Positions 63,205-64,000 of a stretch of 64,000 nucleotides of DNA are shown here, piece after piece; position 1 is the stretch's first letter, and the number at the start of each line of letters is the position of its first letter. This stretch comes from an uncultured Chloroflexia bacterium. Lineage in GTDB: Bacteria > Chloroflexota > UBA6077 > JACCZL01. A program made the translations under genes and the position numbers. The notes under the pieces were generated by a model. That model made no database searches. It saw nothing but the letters and a program-made list of their open reading frames with translations, and was not told the DNA's origin. The stretch lies in the NCBI GenBank assembly GCA_963765765.1, contig CAVXYC010000027.1, forward strand, positions 96,001-160,000. The letters are read 5' to 3'.

Positions 63205-64000
63205 TTATGATGACGGCCCGAATTCCGCATCGACCACCGCCCCGAGCCCCGTCAGGTTCTCGAGCAGATCGTCGTAACCGCGGTCCAGATGATGAATGTC
63301 GTGAATGGTGGTCAGGCCGTCGGCCGCCAACGCCGCAAGTACTACCGCGGCGCCTGAGCGGATGTCCAATGCGCGCACGTCCGTGCCGTGTAACGGTGTG
63401 GGGCCTGTGATTCGCGCCGTCTGCCCAGCCACCTCGAATCTGGCGCCCATCTTGGCCAACTCAAGCCCATAACCGAGGCGATTCTCGAAAACACGTTCAT
63501 GCACCAAACTGACGCCCCGAGCCTGAGTGAGAAGTGTGCAAAACGCGGATTGGAGATCCGTGGGAAATCCTGGATAAGAGATCGCCTGAATCTCCACACC
63601 CTCCAGCGATCCTGTAGACGCAGCAGTCACGCTCTCATCACTCTCTTCAACCGCGGCGCGGGCCTCGCGCAGCTTGTACGTCACTGCATCGAGGTGCTCT
63701 GGGATCACCTGCGAGACGGTCACTTCGCCGCCTGAAATAACCCCAGCAATCAGAAACGTACCGGCTTCAAGCCGGTCGGGCATCACTGCGTGGTTTGCTC
63801 CATGCAGTCGCTCCACTCCTTCGACTTCCAGCACGCTAGTGCCGATTCCGGAAATGTTGGCACCCATGGCTACTAGAAAGTTGGCAAGGTCGCTTACTTC
63901 AGGCTCCATAGAGGCGTGCTTAATGATCGTCTTGCCCTCAGCCAGGCACGCGGCCATGAGCAGGTTTTCAGTGCCGGTGTGGCTCGGGTAGTCAAGATAT
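63205..64000 (-). CDS. murA: UDP-N-acetylglucosamine 1-carboxyvinyltransferase (5' end outside the window)
   Basis: GTENLLMAA, MPDRLEAGTF, YPGFPTDLQ, FENR, DIRSGAA, HLDRGY. Confidence 0.92.
   Translation of the reverse strand, partial: YLDYPSHTGTENLLMAACLAEGKTIIKHASMEPEVSDLANFLVAMGANISGIGTSVLEVEGVERLHGANHAVMPDRLEAGTFLIAGVISGGEVTVSQVIPEHLDAVTYKLREARAAVEESDESVTAASTGSLEGVEIQAISYPGFPTDLQSAFCTLLTQARGVSLVHERVFENRLGYGLELAKMGARFEVAGQTARITGPTPLHGTDVRALDIRSGAAVVLAALAADGLTTIHDIHHLDRGYDDLLENLTGLGAVVDAEFGPSS

Overview
GC-rich bacterial chromosomal window, most likely Chloroflexota (inferred from gene content: GreA with an N-terminal extension, CxxC-x17-CxxC zinc-ribbon protein, F420-dependent G6P dehydrogenase, Pro/Ala-linker lipoproteins, futalosine-type menaquinone genes). 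Most of it is core genome: dinB, sigma-70 factor, thrC, fgd, ligA, fpg, murJ-gatD-murT, greA, rsmG, an 11-gene nuo operon lacking nuoEFG, mqnL/mqnP/menG, mreB and a partial murA. Several genes, including essential ligA and murJ, are split by frameshifts, which points to uncorrected long-read indels. The best candidate for an undescribed system is a terminator-bounded operon (26.1-34.8 kb) of three paralogous bicupins, a tripartite tricarboxylate transporter and an EutA-like ATPase with no eutBC nearby. Other highlights: a DsrE-family selenoprotein missed by the ORF track (UxxC with a SECIS-like hairpin); a 16-aa motif shared exactly by the flexible tails of NuoI and NuoC; a 182-bp MITE with a 9-bp target duplication; a leaderless-mRNA signature on six genes; and several candidate structured RNAs. 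All calls were made by eye, with no database searches.
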